Shown one piece after another: positions 1-10,074 of a stretch of DNA of 64,000 bases. Location of the stretch: positions 7,691 to 71,690 of the forward strand of contig DATFAE010000022.1 in the NCBI GenBank assembly GCA_035254945.1. Direction: 5' to 3'. The notes beneath the pieces were generated by a model. It made no database searches, had not been told where the DNA came from, and saw only the letters and a list, made by a program, of their open reading frames with translations. Each line of letters begins with the position of its first letter. Positions within the stretch are counted from its first letter, which is position 1. The DNA comes from Arthrobacter sp. (GTDB lineage Bacteria; Actinomycetota; Actinomycetes; Actinomycetales; Micrococcaceae). A program made the position numbers and the translations under genes.

Positions 1-624
1 GCGTACTGGACAGGCTTCCGGGACATCGCCGCCGAGCTCAACCCCACGGACACCGCGCTGTTCGTCGAGGCAAGCGCCATCGCCAACTGGCACGCCGGAC
101 ACACGCACTGTCCCCGGTGCGGCGCCCCCACAGTCGTGGAGTCCGGGGGATGGATGCGCCGCTGCCCCCAGGACAACTCCGAACACTATCCGCGCACGGA
201 TCCGGCAATCATCGTCACCGTTGTGGGGCCGGACGGCAGGCTCCTCCTGGGCGGCGGCGGCCCGCCCGACGCCCGGAACTACTCCACGCTCGCAGGCTTC
301 GTTGAACCGGGGGAGTCATTGGAACAGGCGGTGGTCAGGGAAATCCGCGAGGAAGTAGGCGTCCGCGTTTCCGGATGCCAGTACCTGGGTTCCCAGCCCT
401 GGCCGTTTCCCGCCTCCCTTATGCTTGGGTTTACGGCCATCACCGCGGACGCCGTGGCAACGCCCGACGGCGTGGAAGTCACGCGGGCGCGCTGGTTCAG
501 CCGGGAGGAGCTCCAGGAGGCAGTGCTCACCGGCGAGATCACCATCTCCAGCCGGTTGTCCATAGCCCGCTCGCTGATTGAGCACTGGTACGGCGGACAA
601 ATCCTGGACCGTACCGACGCCTGA
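1..624 (+). CDS. nudC: NAD(+) diphosphatase NudC (5' truncated by window edge)
   Basis: Frame 1 is open from base 1. Zn-finger CPRC..CPQD, Nudix box GFVEPGESLEQAVVREIREEVG and NudC signature SQPWPFP. Confidence 0.93.
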   Translation, partial: AYWTGFRDIAAELNPTDTALFVEASAIANWHAGHTHCPRCGAPTVVESGGWMRRCPQDNSEHYPRTDPAIIVTVVGPDGRLLLGGGGPPDARNYSTLAGFVEPGESLEQAVVREIREEVGVRVSGCQYLGSQPWPFPASLMLGFTAITADAVATPDGVEVTRARWFSREELQEAVLTGEITISSRLSIARSLIEHWYGGQILDRTDA

Positions 625-685
625 AGGCCAGCCACACCACCGACCAGACTCCAGCACCAGGTAGTCGAGACAACAGAGCAGCAGA

Positions 686-2833
686 GTGACTACAGAGAAT
701 TTTGACAGTGCAGTGGACAGCTCGGCGTCCCTTGAGGACCGGATCCTGGGCGGCCTGGACGCCGAACAGCGGGAGGTTGCGAGCACACTGAACGGCCCGC
801 TGTGCGTGCTGGCCGGGGCCGGCACAGGCAAGACCCGGGCCATCACGCACCGGATTGCGTACGGCGTGCACTCCGGGGTCTACAGCCCGCAGCGGCTCCT
901 TGCCGTGACGTTCACCGCCCGCGCCGCCGCGGAAATGCGCAGCAGGCTGCGGGACCTCGGCGTCGGGAACGTCCAGGCCCGTACATTCCACGCGGCCGCG
1001 CTCAGGCAGCTGCAGTTCTTCTGGCCACAGGCCGTGGGCGGTACACTGCCCAATCTCCTGGACCACAAAGCCCAGATGATTGCCGAGGCCGCCCGCCGCC
1101 TCCGTCTCAGCACGGACCGGGCTTCCATCCGGGACCTCGCTTCCGAAATCGAGTGGGCAAAAGTCTCCATGCTCACCCCTGCCAACTACCTCGAGAACGC
1201 CCAGGGCCGCGGAACCCCCGGCGGGTTCGACCTCACGGCAGTGGCCCGGGTCTTCCAGTCCTACGAGGACGTCAAAACCGACCGCAACGTCATCGACTTC
1301 GAGGACGTCCTGCTGATCACGGTCGGCATCCTGCAGGAGGACCAGAAAGTCGCGGCCACGGTGCGCGAACAGTACCGCCACTTTGTGGTGGACGAATACC
1401 AGGACGTTTCCCCGCTGCAACAGCGCCTCCTTGAACTGTGGCTCGGCGGCCGCGATGAACTCTGCGTCGTCGGTGACGCCAGCCAGACCATCTACTCCTT
1501 CACCGGCGCATCGCCCAAGCACCTGCTGGGGTTCAAGGCCAGGTATCCCGAGGCCAACGTGGTCAAACTGATCCGGGACTACCGCTCCACGCCGCAGGTG
1601 GTCAAACTTGCCAACGACCTCCTCGCGGGGCGTCGAAGCGGCGGACCGGTGGCGGACGCTGCATGGGCTGCGCCCCTGCAGCTGGTGGCCCAGCGGCCGG
1701 CAGGGCCGGTTCCCCAATTCACGGAATGTTCCGACGACGAGGCCGAGGCAGCCACGGTCGCGCTCAAGATCAAGGGACTGCTCGACGCCGGCACGCCGGC
1801 AAGCCAGGTAGCCGTCCTCTTCCGCACTAACGGGCAGTCCGAAGCCTACGAGCAGGCCCTGGCCGCCGCAGGCATTGGCTACCAGCTGCGGGGCGGTGAG
1901 CGGTTTTTCGCGCGCAAGGAGGTCAGGGACGCCATTCTCCAACTGCGTGCAGCCACCAGGGCGGTGGCCGAAACTGCCACGCCGGAGCCGTTGGGGCAGC
2001 TGGTCCGCGACATCGTGGCCTCCCTGGGCTACACCGACTCCGCTCCGCACAATGGCGGTGCCCTGCGGGAACGCTGGGAATCATTGGCGGCACTGGTTGC
2101 ACTGGCCGACGAGCTGGTCCAGGTCAGGGGAGAGCAGTTCAGCCTCGCCGACTTCGTCAATGAGCTGCAGGAACGCTCACTGGCGCAGCATGCCCCAACG
2201 GTCCAGGGTGTCACCCTGGCTTCGCTGCACGCGGCCAAGGGCCTGGAATGGGATGCCGTGTTCCTCGTTGGCCTCAGCGAAGGGCTGATGCCGATCTCTT
2301 TCGCGGACACCCCGGAGTCGGTGGATGAGGAGCGGCGGCTCCTGTACGTCGGGATCACCCGCGCCCGGGAGCACCTCTTCCTGTCCTGGTCAACGGCCCG
2401 GACACCCGGCGGCCGGGCCAACAGGAAGCCGTCCCGCTTCCTTGACGGTCTTCGGCCGGACTCGGTGGCCAGCTCCTCAGCCCGGGGCAAGGGGCCGGCG
2501 CCCCGCCGGAAAGCCGCCAAGCCTGCCACGTGCCGGGTCTGCGGCAGCATGCTGGCCAGCGGCGCCGAACGCAAAGTCGGGCGCTGCAACGACTGCCCTC
2601 CCAGCTATGAGGAACAGACGTTCGACGCCCTGCGGCAATGGCGCAAGGACGTCGCCCTCTCGGCCGAGGTCCCGGCCTTCGTGGTGTTCACTGATGCCAC
2701 GCTGACCGCCATTGCCGAGGCCCGGCCCTCGTCGCTGGAGGAACTGGCCACCCTCGCTGGCGTCGGCCCGTCCAAACTCGAACGCTATGGTGAGGACGTC
2801 CTGAAGGTCCTCGTCGAAAGCACCACGCTGTGA
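686..2833 (+). CDS. uvrD2: ATP-dependent DNA helicase UvrD2 (SF1, tetracysteine motif, HRDC)
   Basis: AGAGTGKT Walker A, VVDEYQD, GDASQTIY, RDYRST, SLHAAKGLEW, ERRLLYVGITRAR; C-terminal CxxC..CxxC and HRDC-like tail. Confidence 0.93.
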   Translation: MTTENFDSAVDSSASLEDRILGGLDAEQREVASTLNGPLCVLAGAGTGKTRAITHRIAYGVHSGVYSPQRLLAVTFTARAAAEMRSRLRDLGVGNVQARTFHAAALRQLQFFWPQAVGGTLPNLLDHKAQMIAEAARRLRLSTDRASIRDLASEIEWAKVSMLTPANYLENAQGRGTPGGFDLTAVARVFQSYEDVKTDRNVIDFEDVLLITVGILQEDQKVAATVREQYRHFVVDEYQDVSPLQQRLLELWLGGRDELCVVGDASQTIYSFTGASPKHLLGFKARYPEANVVKLIRDYRSTPQVVKLANDLLAGRRSGGPVADAAWAAPLQLVAQRPAGPVPQFTECSDDEAEAATVALKIKGLLDAGTPASQVAVLFRTNGQSEAYEQALAAAGIGYQLRGGERFFARKEVRDAILQLRAATRAVAETATPEPLGQLVRDIVASLGYTDSAPHNGGALRERWESLAALVALADELVQVRGEQFSLADFVNELQERSLAQHAPTVQGVTLASLHAAKGLEWDAVFLVGLSEGLMPISFADTPESVDEERRLLYVGITRAREHLFLSWSTARTPGGRANRKPSRFLDGLRPDSVASSSARGKGPAPRRKAAKPATCRVCGSMLASGAERKVGRCNDCPPSYEEQTFDALRQWRKDVALSAEVPAFVVFTDATLTAIAEARPSSLEELATLAGVGPSKLERYGEDVLKVLVESTTL

Positions 2834-3483
2834 CGCCGCGGGCCGAAGGGCGGAAGGCTCCGCAACTGACCACGGCTGACGGCGCGCCGGTCGAGGTGCG
2901 GCGGTCTGCGCGCCGTACCCGGACCGTGGCCGCTTTTTGGGAGAACGGCACGGCGGTAGTGGCGATCCCGGCCCGTTTCACGGCCGCCCAGGAATTCGAG
3001 TGGGTGCACCGCATGCTGGAGAAGCTGCACCGGCAGGGCAGCCGCCGCGCGCAAAAACGCCGGCAACAGCCGGCAACAGACGCCGGCCTCGCCGCCCACG
3101 CGGCAGACCTGTCCGCCCGCTACTTCAGCGGCCGCGCAGTCCCGACGTCGGTCCGCTGGGTCAGCAACCAGAACTCCCGGTGGGGATCAGCGACGCCGTC
3201 TGAAGGCACCATCCGGCTCTCCGACAAGCTCAGGCCCATGCCCCAGTGGGTGATTGACTACGTCCTGCTTCACGAGCTGGCCCACCTGCTGGTGGCCGGG
3301 CACAACGCGGCTTTCTGGAAGCTGCTGGAGGCCTACCCGGACACGGCGCGGGCCAAGGCCTTCCTGGAGGGGGTCTCCTTCGCTACCTCCCGCGGCCTGG
3401 CCGCTGGTGCGGACAGCAGCGAAAGCGGCGGCGGGCACGGTGAACCGGGCCAGCCTGCCCTGTGGCCCGGTGACGCCGACTAG
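2830..3483 (+). CDS. YgjP/DUF45-like (M48-related) metallopeptidase domain protein
   Basis: RWGSAT..IRLS..VIDYVLLHELAHL..GHNAAFW. GTGA overlap with the uvrD2 stop. Confidence 0.85.
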   Translation: MTPRAEGRKAPQLTTADGAPVEVRRSARRTRTVAAFWENGTAVVAIPARFTAAQEFEWVHRMLEKLHRQGSRRAQKRRQQPATDAGLAAHAADLSARYFSGRAVPTSVRWVSNQNSRWGSATPSEGTIRLSDKLRPMPQWVIDYVLLHELAHLLVAGHNAAFWKLLEAYPDTARAKAFLEGVSFATSRGLAAGADSSESGGGHGEPGQPALWPGDAD

Positions 3484-3507
3484 GGAGCATCTCCCCAGCG
3501 AGCGGGC

Positions 3508-4971
3508 CTAGCTTTTCGGCTGGTCCCCGTCAGTTCCGCCGTCGGGGTTGCTGTCACTGCCGGTGGTGTCTGAACCATCCGTGTCCGTGGCGCTTCCGGC
3601 CGCGTCATCGCCCTGCTCCGGGGCGGCGTCGAAGCCTCCGCTGAGCAGCTTCTGCAAGGCATCGTCCACTTCGCTGTCGCTGGCCTCGGCCAGTTTGCGG
3701 CGGCCGCTGAATCCCAGGGGATCGTCGAGGTCTTCGGCGGTGGGAAGGAGGTCGGGGTGGTGCCAGATGGCGTCCCGGCCCTCGATGCCGCGTTCCTTCT
3801 TGAGCGCTGCCCACAGCGTGGCGGCCTCGCGCAGCCGCCGGGGGCGGAGTTCCAGGCCCACCAAGGACGAGAACGCGTGTTCCGCGGGACCACCCGTCGC
3901 GCGGCGGCGGCGCACGGTTTCGCGGAGCGCGCCTGCTGAGGGCAGGAGCTTCTCGGTAGCGGAGGCGGTAAGTTCATCCACCCAGCCTTCAACCAGGGCA
4001 AGGGCGGTCTCCAGCTTTTCCAAGGCCTGTTCCTGGGCGGGCGTCCGCTGCGGCATGAACACGCCCTGGGACAGTGCCTCCTGGATGCCCTCGGGGTTGC
4101 TTGGGTCCAGGTCCCGGGCCAGCTCTTCAATCCTGGACGTATCGATGTGGATGCCGCGGGCGTAGGCCTCGATCGCGCCCAGAAGGTGGCCGCGCAACCA
4201 GGGAACCTGGACAAAGAGGCGTGCGTGGGCTGCTTCGCGGACTGCAAGGAACAGCCGGATGTCATTCTCCGGCAGGCTGAGGCCTTCGCCGAACTTGGCC
4301 ACGTTGGCCGGAAGCAGGGCCATTTCCAGGTCTGCCAGGGGGACGCCGATGTCCGTGGAGCTCACCACTTCGGCGGACAGGGCGCCGATGGCCTGCCCCA
4401 ACTGCATGCCGAAGATCGCCCCGCCCATGTTCTGCAGCATGGAGGATGCGCCGCCCATCATGGACTTCATCTCTTCGGGCATCTGTTCGGTCATAGCGTT
4501 GGACAGGGCATTGGCGATGCTGTTGGCGACAGGCTCCGTCAGCCGCTTCCAGGTTCCAAGTGTTGCCTCCACCCATTCGGCGCGTGACCAGGCCCGGCCG
4601 ATCAGGCCGGTGGCGGGCAGGTCAGTGACCGGATCAAGCCACAGTTCGGCGAGGCGCAGGGCCTCGTCCACTTCGCGGGACTGCAGCGACGTGACGGACG
4701 GGTCCGCGCTGCCTGCCGCAACCCGACGGGCGTTCTCGTGGGCGAGCTGCCAGTTCACGGGGCCCTCGGAAGGCGCACTCATCATGGCCTGGACCTGGGA
4801 GAACATCTGGGCCAGGAGGTTGGGGTCGTCAGGCAGGCCGGCTGCCTTGGCAAGTTCGGCGGGGTCGATGTTTTCCATGCCCTTGCCGCCCATGAGGTTC
4901 TGCAGCATTTCTGTCAGCGGATCCTTGGGTGCGTCATCGCCGTTGGACGGATTGAGTGGGTTGGAGGTCAT
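3508..4971 (-). CDS. Zincin-like metallopeptidase-family protein (DUF2342 / Rv3195-like)
   Basis: GPVNW, LALLPAN-like segment, REAAHARLF, LETALALVEGWVD, RRRATGGPAE, GLELRPRRLREAA, HPDLLPTAEDLDDP; syntenic between uvrD2 and the PDZ-Lon gene. Confidence 0.85.
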   Translation of the reverse strand: MTSNPLNPSNGDDAPKDPLTEMLQNLMGGKGMENIDPAELAKAAGLPDDPNLLAQMFSQVQAMMSAPSEGPVNWQLAHENARRVAAGSADPSVTSLQSREVDEALRLAELWLDPVTDLPATGLIGRAWSRAEWVEATLGTWKRLTEPVANSIANALSNAMTEQMPEEMKSMMGGASSMLQNMGGAIFGMQLGQAIGALSAEVVSSTDIGVPLADLEMALLPANVAKFGEGLSLPENDIRLFLAVREAAHARLFVQVPWLRGHLLGAIEAYARGIHIDTSRIEELARDLDPSNPEGIQEALSQGVFMPQRTPAQEQALEKLETALALVEGWVDELTASATEKLLPSAGALRETVRRRRATGGPAEHAFSSLVGLELRPRRLREAATLWAALKKERGIEGRDAIWHHPDLLPTAEDLDDPLGFSGRRKLAEASDSEVDDALQKLLSGGFDAAPEQGDDAAGSATDTDGSDTTGSDSNPDGGTDGDQPKS

Positions 4972-5053
4972 GATTAGGCCGATCGTCGGTGTGACTGCTG
5001 ATCAACTTCACGGTACCCCGGGCAGCGTCGGCTGTCTGCCGGACAGCGGCGAC

Positions 5054-5071
5054 GTTCGCTGTAGGCAAAGA
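5054..5071 (-). promoter_or_regulatory. Putative ClgR operator
   Basis: Minus strand TCTTTGCCTACAGCGAAC fits WNNWCGCYNANRGCGWWS at 17/18 positions; about 60 bp upstream of the TSS implied by the TACCGT -10 (5010-5015, minus). Confidence 0.6.
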
Positions 5072-5106
5072 GCTTGCCGGCGGCCGGGACGCGTAATGTT
5101 GGATGG

Positions 5107-6318
5107 GTGACTACGACCCGTGGCGACCATCCCTCCGAGGACCGCGCAACCGAGCCGGACGCCGGCCCAGGGCCCATCGACGAAGCAGCGGACTCCTGGC
5201 CGGTGGACAGCGCAGTTCCTGGCGGCCCGGAACCCGTCACCCACCCCGCTTCACGCCGTGCACGGCGCCGCGGCAAGAAGGTTTCCCTGATGATGGTCTC
5301 CGGAGTGGCGGCGTTGGGGCTTGGCCTTGCAGCCGGGACACTGCCCGTCCCGTACGTCGTCGCAAAGCCCGGTCCCACGTTCAACACCCTGGGTGAAGCC
5401 CAGGGCGGACCGGTTATCAGCGTTACCGGACGCGAAACGTATCCGGCGGCCGGGAATCTGGACCTGACCACCGTCTATGTCGACGGTGGCCCCAACGGTC
5501 CGGTCAGTATTCTCACTGCATTCGCGGCGTGGCTGGACCCGGCCAAATCGGTGTATCCGGAGGAACTGATCTACCCCACTGGCACCACCAGGGAAGAAGC
5601 CGAGGAACAGAGCTCCGTGGCCATGGCCACGTCCCAGGAGAACGCCGTTGCATCGGCGCTCAAGGAGTTGGACATTCCCTTCAGCCAGGAGCTGCAGGCT
5701 GCCGGGTTCTCCACCGGCTCGCCGTCCGAGGGAAAGATCGAACAGGGCGACGTCTTCCGGTCGATCAACGGCAAGCCCATTAGCTCGCTCTCCGTCATCC
5801 AGGATGAACTCGCCGCCGGCAAGGGTGCACCTGCCACCGTGTTGCTCGACAGGGGAGCGGAGCAGGTCACCCAAACCATCACACCCATGGACAACGGCGA
5901 GGGCCGCTACATCCTGGGCGTGATGCTCCAGTACAAGTTCACCTTCCCCTTTGACGTGAAGATCTCCCTGGACAAGGTCGGCGGCCCCAGCGCCGGCATG
6001 ATGTTTTCACTAGGCATTATTGACAAGCTCACCCCCGGGGACCTCACGGGCGGCAGGCACGTTGCAGGTACCGGCGAAATCACCCCGGACGGCAAGGTGG
6101 GGCCCATCGGTGGCATCGGGCAGAAGATGCAGGGCGCCCGCGCTGCCGGAGCCACCCTTTTCCTGGCGCCCTCAGCAAACTGCGACGCAGTTGTGGGGCA
6201 CATCCCCGACGGCCTGCAGGTGGTGAGGGTGGAGAACCTCGCCGAGGCGCGTGACGCCGTCGAACTCGCCGCGTCGGGGCAGGACACCTCCGGACTTGCG
6301 GCCTGTACCAGCAACTAG
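5107..6318 (+). CDS. PDZ-domain Lon-like (S16) membrane protease (YlbL/Rv3194c-like)
   Basis: N-terminal TM helix, PYVVAKPGPT, PDZ segment, GGPSAG (catalytic Ser) and GGIGQK (Lys). GTG 5107 lies 7 nt after a TAATGT -10. Confidence 0.88.
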   Translation: MTTTRGDHPSEDRATEPDAGPGPIDEAADSWPVDSAVPGGPEPVTHPASRRARRRGKKVSLMMVSGVAALGLGLAAGTLPVPYVVAKPGPTFNTLGEAQGGPVISVTGRETYPAAGNLDLTTVYVDGGPNGPVSILTAFAAWLDPAKSVYPEELIYPTGTTREEAEEQSSVAMATSQENAVASALKELDIPFSQELQAAGFSTGSPSEGKIEQGDVFRSINGKPISSLSVIQDELAAGKGAPATVLLDRGAEQVTQTITPMDNGEGRYILGVMLQYKFTFPFDVKISLDKVGGPSAGMMFSLGIIDKLTPGDLTGGRHVAGTGEITPDGKVGPIGGIGQKMQGARAAGATLFLAPSANCDAVVGHIPDGLQVVRVENLAEARDAVELAASGQDTSGLAACTSN

Positions 6319-6453
6319 ACTGAGGCAGGAACTAAGCTTTACTGCCACTCGTGGCAGATATGACGGACGTTGCCATTCGTTTGACCGGTACCGGACGTCG
6401 CACGCACGCACGTTTCGACTGTTAATCTGACGACCAGCTATGAGGTACCGAGT

Positions 6454-9400
6454 TTGTCCCGTCCTGCCAGCCCCATCCCGCCCGGAAGACCTCCCTCACG
6501 ACGAGGTGCCCTGACGCCCACCCTCGTTGTTGTCGCCCTCGTGGTGGTAGGTTTCATTTTCTTCGCCAATGTGTGGACTGACGTTTTGTGGTACCGGCAA
6601 CTTGGCTACTTCGAAGTGTTCCTGACAGAAAACCTGGCGCGGATCGGTATCTTTGTCACCGGGTTCGCCATCATGTTTGCGGCGGTATTTTTCGCGATCC
6701 GGATTGCCTACCACGCCCGCCCGGTCTACGCGCCGGACTCCGAGATCAGGGACAACCTCAACCGGTACCAGGCCCAGCTCGAGCCGGTCCGCCGCGTGGT
6801 CATGATTGGCCTGCCCATCCTGTTTGGCCTCTTTGCCGGCAGTGCGGCGGCCAGCCAGTGGCAGAAAGTCCTGCTGTTCTTCAACCAGGAGCCCTTCGGC
6901 CAGCGGGATCCTGAATTCGACATGGACCTCAGCTTCTACCTGATGACCCTCCCGTTCCTGGGATTCGTCACCGGCTTCCTCATCAGCGTTGTCGTCGTGG
7001 CGGGCATCGCCGGGATCCTCACCCATTACCTTTATGGCAGCATCCGGCTGATGGAGCGCGGCGTCTTCACCAGCCGTGCCGCACAGATCCACCTGGCCGT
7101 CACGGGCGCTGCCTTCCTGCTCCTGCTCGGCACCAACTTCTGGCTGGACCGGTACGCGGCGCTGCAGAGCAACGGAGGACGGTGGGCCGGGGCGCTGTAC
7201 ACGGACGTCAGCGCGGTTATCCCCACCAAGGCCATTCTTGCCGTGGCGGCCGCACTCGTGGCCATCCTCTTCATCGTGGCGGCGGTCATTGGCCGCTGGC
7301 GCCTGCCGGTGATCGGCACCGCGATGCTGATCATCACCTCCATCCTTGCCGGGGGGGTTTACCCGTGGGTAATCCAGCAGTTCCAGGTCCGGCCTTCGGA
7401 AGAGACGCTGGAGAAGGAGTTCATCCAGCGCAACATCGACAACACCCGCGCCGCCTACGGCCTGGACAAGATCCAGGTGAACCGCTACGACGCCACCAAC
7501 ACCGCCACCACTGGCGCGCTGGCCCCGGACGCGCAGACCACCGCCAACATCAGGCTCCTTGATCCGAACCTGATTTCAGACGCTTTTTCGCAGCTGGAAC
7601 AGTACCGGCCGTACTACCAGTTCCCCGAGGCCTTGAACGTGGATCGCTATGAAGTGGACGGCAAGGTCCAGGACACCGTGATTGCCGTCCGCGAACTGAA
7701 TCCGCAGAATGTGGCCGAGAACCAGCAAAGCTGGCTGAACCAGCACGTTGTGTACACCCACGGCTACGGCGTCGTCGCAGCCAAGGGCAACAAGTTCACT
7801 GTTGACGGCAAGCCTGAGTTCCTTCAGTCGGGCATCCCGTCCACCGGTGTCCTCGGCGACGACTCCACCTACCAGCCCCGCATCTACTTCGGCGAAAGCT
7901 CGCCCGAATACTCCATCGTCGGAGCTCCGGACGGCTTCCCGAACCGTGAACAGGACAGGCCGTCCGGACGCGAAGGCGATGGAGAAACCCAGTACACGTT
8001 CGAGGGCAACGGCGGTCCCAATGTGGGCAGCTTCTTCAACAAAGTGCTGTACTCCATCAAGTTCCAGTCCTCGGACCTGCTGCTCTCTGACGGCGTGAAC
8101 GAGGAATCCCAGATCCTTTATGACCGCAGCCCGCGCGAGCGGGTGGAGAAGGTCGCGCCCTACCTGACTGTGGACGGCAACGCCTACCCCGCAGTGGTGG
8201 ACGGCCGCGTCAAGTGGATCGTCGACGGCTACACCACCAGCCAGTACTACCCGTACTCGCAGCAGGAGCAGCTTTCAGACGCCACTGCTGACACGCAGAC
8301 CACGTCCGGCCGGGCCGTTGCACTGCCCAACAGTACGGTCAACTACATCCGGAACTCCGTCAAGGCCACCGTGGATGCCTATGACGGGTCAGTGACCCTG
8401 TACGCGTGGGACGACCAGGACCCGCTGCTGAAGTCCTGGCAGAAGGTCTTCCCGACGTCCTTGAAACCGTTCTCCGAGATGTCCGGCGACGTCATGAGCC
8501 ATGTCCGCTATCCCGAGGACCTCTTCAAGGTCCAGCGGCAGCTTCTGGGCAAGTACCACGTGACAGACCCGTCCAGCTTCTACAAGACGAATGATGCCTG
8601 GAGCGTTCCTGCCGACCCGACGGTGGACACTGACGTCAAGCAGCCGCCGTTCTACATGTCGCTGCAGATGCCGGACCAAGACAAGCCTGCCTTCCAGCTG
8701 ACGTCGTCGTTCATCCCGCAGATCGTCAACGGAAATGCGCGCAACGTCCTCTATGGCTTCCTGGCGGCGGATTCCGACGCCGGCAACCAGGCGGGCGTGA
8801 AGGCTGACAGTTACGGCCAGCTGCGGTTGCTCCAGATCCCGCCGGAGACCCAGGTCCCAGGCCCGGGCCAGGCGCAGAACAAGTTCAACTCCGATCCCAC
8901 CGTGTCCCAGGCCCTCAACCTGCTCCGCCAGGGCGCCTCGGATGTGCTGAACGGCAACCTCCTGACGCTCCCGGTGGGCGGCGGAATCCTCTACGTCCAG
9001 CCGGTCTACCTGAAGTCCACGGGTGAAACGTCCTATCCGACGCTGCAGCGCGTGCTGGTGGCCTTCGGTGACAAGGTGGGCTTCGCGCCGACGCTGGATG
9101 CGGCGCTCAAGCAGCTGTTCGGCGGGGACTCCGGCGCTTCCGCCGGCGACTCCGCCAACAACGGCCAGACGCCGCCGACGCCTGGCACCACACCGCCTGC
9201 AGCTGCGGACGCCAAAGCCGAGCTCAAGGCCGCATTGGACGAGGCAAGGGCCGCCATCCAGGCGGGCCAGGCAGCCCTCGCAGCCGGTGACTTCGCGGCC
9301 TACGGCGAGCAGCAGAAGAAGATCGCCGCAGCCCTGCAGAAGGCCGTGGACGCGGAAGCCAAGATTCCGGTCATCGCGCCTGAAACGGTGCCTTCTCCGG

Positions 9401-9468
9401 CGGCCACTCCGACACAGGGTGCAACGCCAACAGAGACCGCTACGCCGTCTTCCGCACCGAGCAACTGA
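6454..9468 (+). CDS. UPF0182 family membrane protein
   Basis: About 1000 aa, multi-TM N-terminus, [59 protein letters not shown]; followed by tRNA-Met. Confidence 0.93.
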   Translation: MSRPASPIPPGRPPSRRGALTPTLVVVALVVVGFIFFANVWTDVLWYRQLGYFEVFLTENLARIGIFVTGFAIMFAAVFFAIRIAYHARPVYAPDSEIRDNLNRYQAQLEPVRRVVMIGLPILFGLFAGSAAASQWQKVLLFFNQEPFGQRDPEFDMDLSFYLMTLPFLGFVTGFLISVVVVAGIAGILTHYLYGSIRLMERGVFTSRAAQIHLAVTGAAFLLLLGTNFWLDRYAALQSNGGRWAGALYTDVSAVIPTKAILAVAAALVAILFIVAAVIGRWRLPVIGTAMLIITSILAGGVYPWVIQQFQVRPSEETLEKEFIQRNIDNTRAAYGLDKIQVNRYDATNTATTGALAPDAQTTANIRLLDPNLISDAFSQLEQYRPYYQFPEALNVDRYEVDGKVQDTVIAVRELNPQNVAENQQSWLNQHVVYTHGYGVVAAKGNKFTVDGKPEFLQSGIPSTGVLGDDSTYQPRIYFGESSPEYSIVGAPDGFPNREQDRPSGREGDGETQYTFEGNGGPNVGSFFNKVLYSIKFQSSDLLLSDGVNEESQILYDRSPRERVEKVAPYLTVDGNAYPAVVDGRVKWIVDGYTTSQYYPYSQQEQLSDATADTQTTSGRAVALPNSTVNYIRNSVKATVDAYDGSVTLYAWDDQDPLLKSWQKVFPTSLKPFSEMSGDVMSHVRYPEDLFKVQRQLLGKYHVTDPSSFYKTNDAWSVPADPTVDTDVKQPPFYMSLQMPDQDKPAFQLTSSFIPQIVNGNARNVLYGFLAADSDAGNQAGVKADSYGQLRLLQIPPETQVPGPGQAQNKFNSDPTVSQALNLLRQGASDVLNGNLLTLPVGGGILYVQPVYLKSTGETSYPTLQRVLVAFGDKVGFAPTLDAALKQLFGGDSGASAGDSANNGQTPPTPGTTPPAAADAKAELKAALDEARAAIQAGQAALAAGDFAAYGEQQKKIAAALQKAVDAEAKIPVIAPETVPSPAATPTQGATPTETATPSSAPSN

Positions 9469-9479
9469 ATGAGTCCGCC

Positions 9480-9515
9480 GGCCTGGCCGCGCTCCGCAGG
9501 GAGTGTGGCCGGGCC
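9480..9515 (+). terminator. GC-rich 16-bp hairpin after UPF0182
   Basis: GGCCTGGCCGCGCTCC-gcag-GGAGTGTGGCCGGGCC; all three non-Watson-Crick positions are G-U on the + strand; no U-tract. Confidence 0.55.
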
Positions 9516-9600
9516 TGCGGCGTTAAGTGGCGTTGGGCGTCGCGCTGGCCGCGTTCAAGAGGGGCATGAACCGCCGAGACGCACATCACGCCATCTCGAT

Positions 9601-9629
9601 TTGGCCTCCAGTTCACCCGACGGTAGAGT
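9601..9629 (+). promoter_or_regulatory. Sigma-A-type promoter of the first tRNA-fMet
   Basis: TTGGCC-17 nt-TAGAGT ending 11 nt before the tRNA. Confidence 0.55.
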
Positions 9630-9640
9630 TGTTCTTGCGA

Positions 9641-9714
9641 CGCGGGGTGGAGCAGTTCGGTAGCTCGCTGGGCTCATAACCCAGAGGTCACAGGTTCAAA
9701 TCCTGTCCCCGCAA
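9641..9714 (+). tRNA. tRNA-fMet (CAT), initiator, CCA not encoded
   Basis: CGCGGGG...CCCCGCA with C1:A72 mismatch, GGG/CCC pairs in the anticodon stem, CAT anticodon, GTTCAAA T-loop. Confidence 0.97.
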
Positions 9715-9720
9715 CTGACG

Positions 9721-9754
9721 GAAAGCCCGGAACTGGAAACAGTTCCGGGCTTTC
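9721..9754 (+). terminator. Intrinsic terminator hairpin
   Basis: Perfect 15-bp stem GAAAGCCCGGAACTG-GAAA-CAGTTCCGGGCTTTC followed by CTGTTT. Confidence 0.8.
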
Positions 9755-9860
9755 CTGTTTAAGCCGGCCGCCGCCTGCTGCGGGTCCGGGGGCGTCCACA
9801 GGCCCCTGGGGGGCCCGTGGATTTTATGCCGGCGAAAGTAGGGTAGTGTTGATCAAGCGA

Positions 9861-9937
9861 CGCGGGGTGGAGCAGTTCGGTAGCTCGCTGGGCTCATAAC
9901 CCAGAGGTCACAGGTTCAAATCCTGTCCCCGCAACCA
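9861..9937 (+). tRNA. tRNA-fMet (CAT), second identical copy, CCA encoded
   Basis: Identical 74 nt to the 9641 copy, followed by CCA. Confidence 0.97.
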
Positions 9938-9940
9938 TGT

Positions 9941-9987
9941 GAAGGCCCCGGCCGGCAGATATGCCGCCCGGGGTCTTCTTTTTCTTT
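9941..9987 (+). terminator. Intrinsic terminator after the second tRNA
   Basis: GAAGGCCCCGG...CCGGGGTCTTC imperfect stem followed by a T-rich tract. Confidence 0.7.
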
Positions 9988-10074
9988 GATTGCTAGTAGT
10001 TCCTAGTATTCTCTTTCGCAGGGCCTCAGATTTTTCAGCCACGGGTCAGTCATTCTCGAGAGGAATGTTGTTCG

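Noticed and set aside
539-2050. Long antisense ORFs (e.g. 539-2050, 11062-11736, 14110-15261, 29104-30270, 34423-35628, 52357-53451, 60533-61765)
   Set aside because: They lie opposite well-supported genes and lack recognisable motifs; typical shadow frames of high-GC codon usage.
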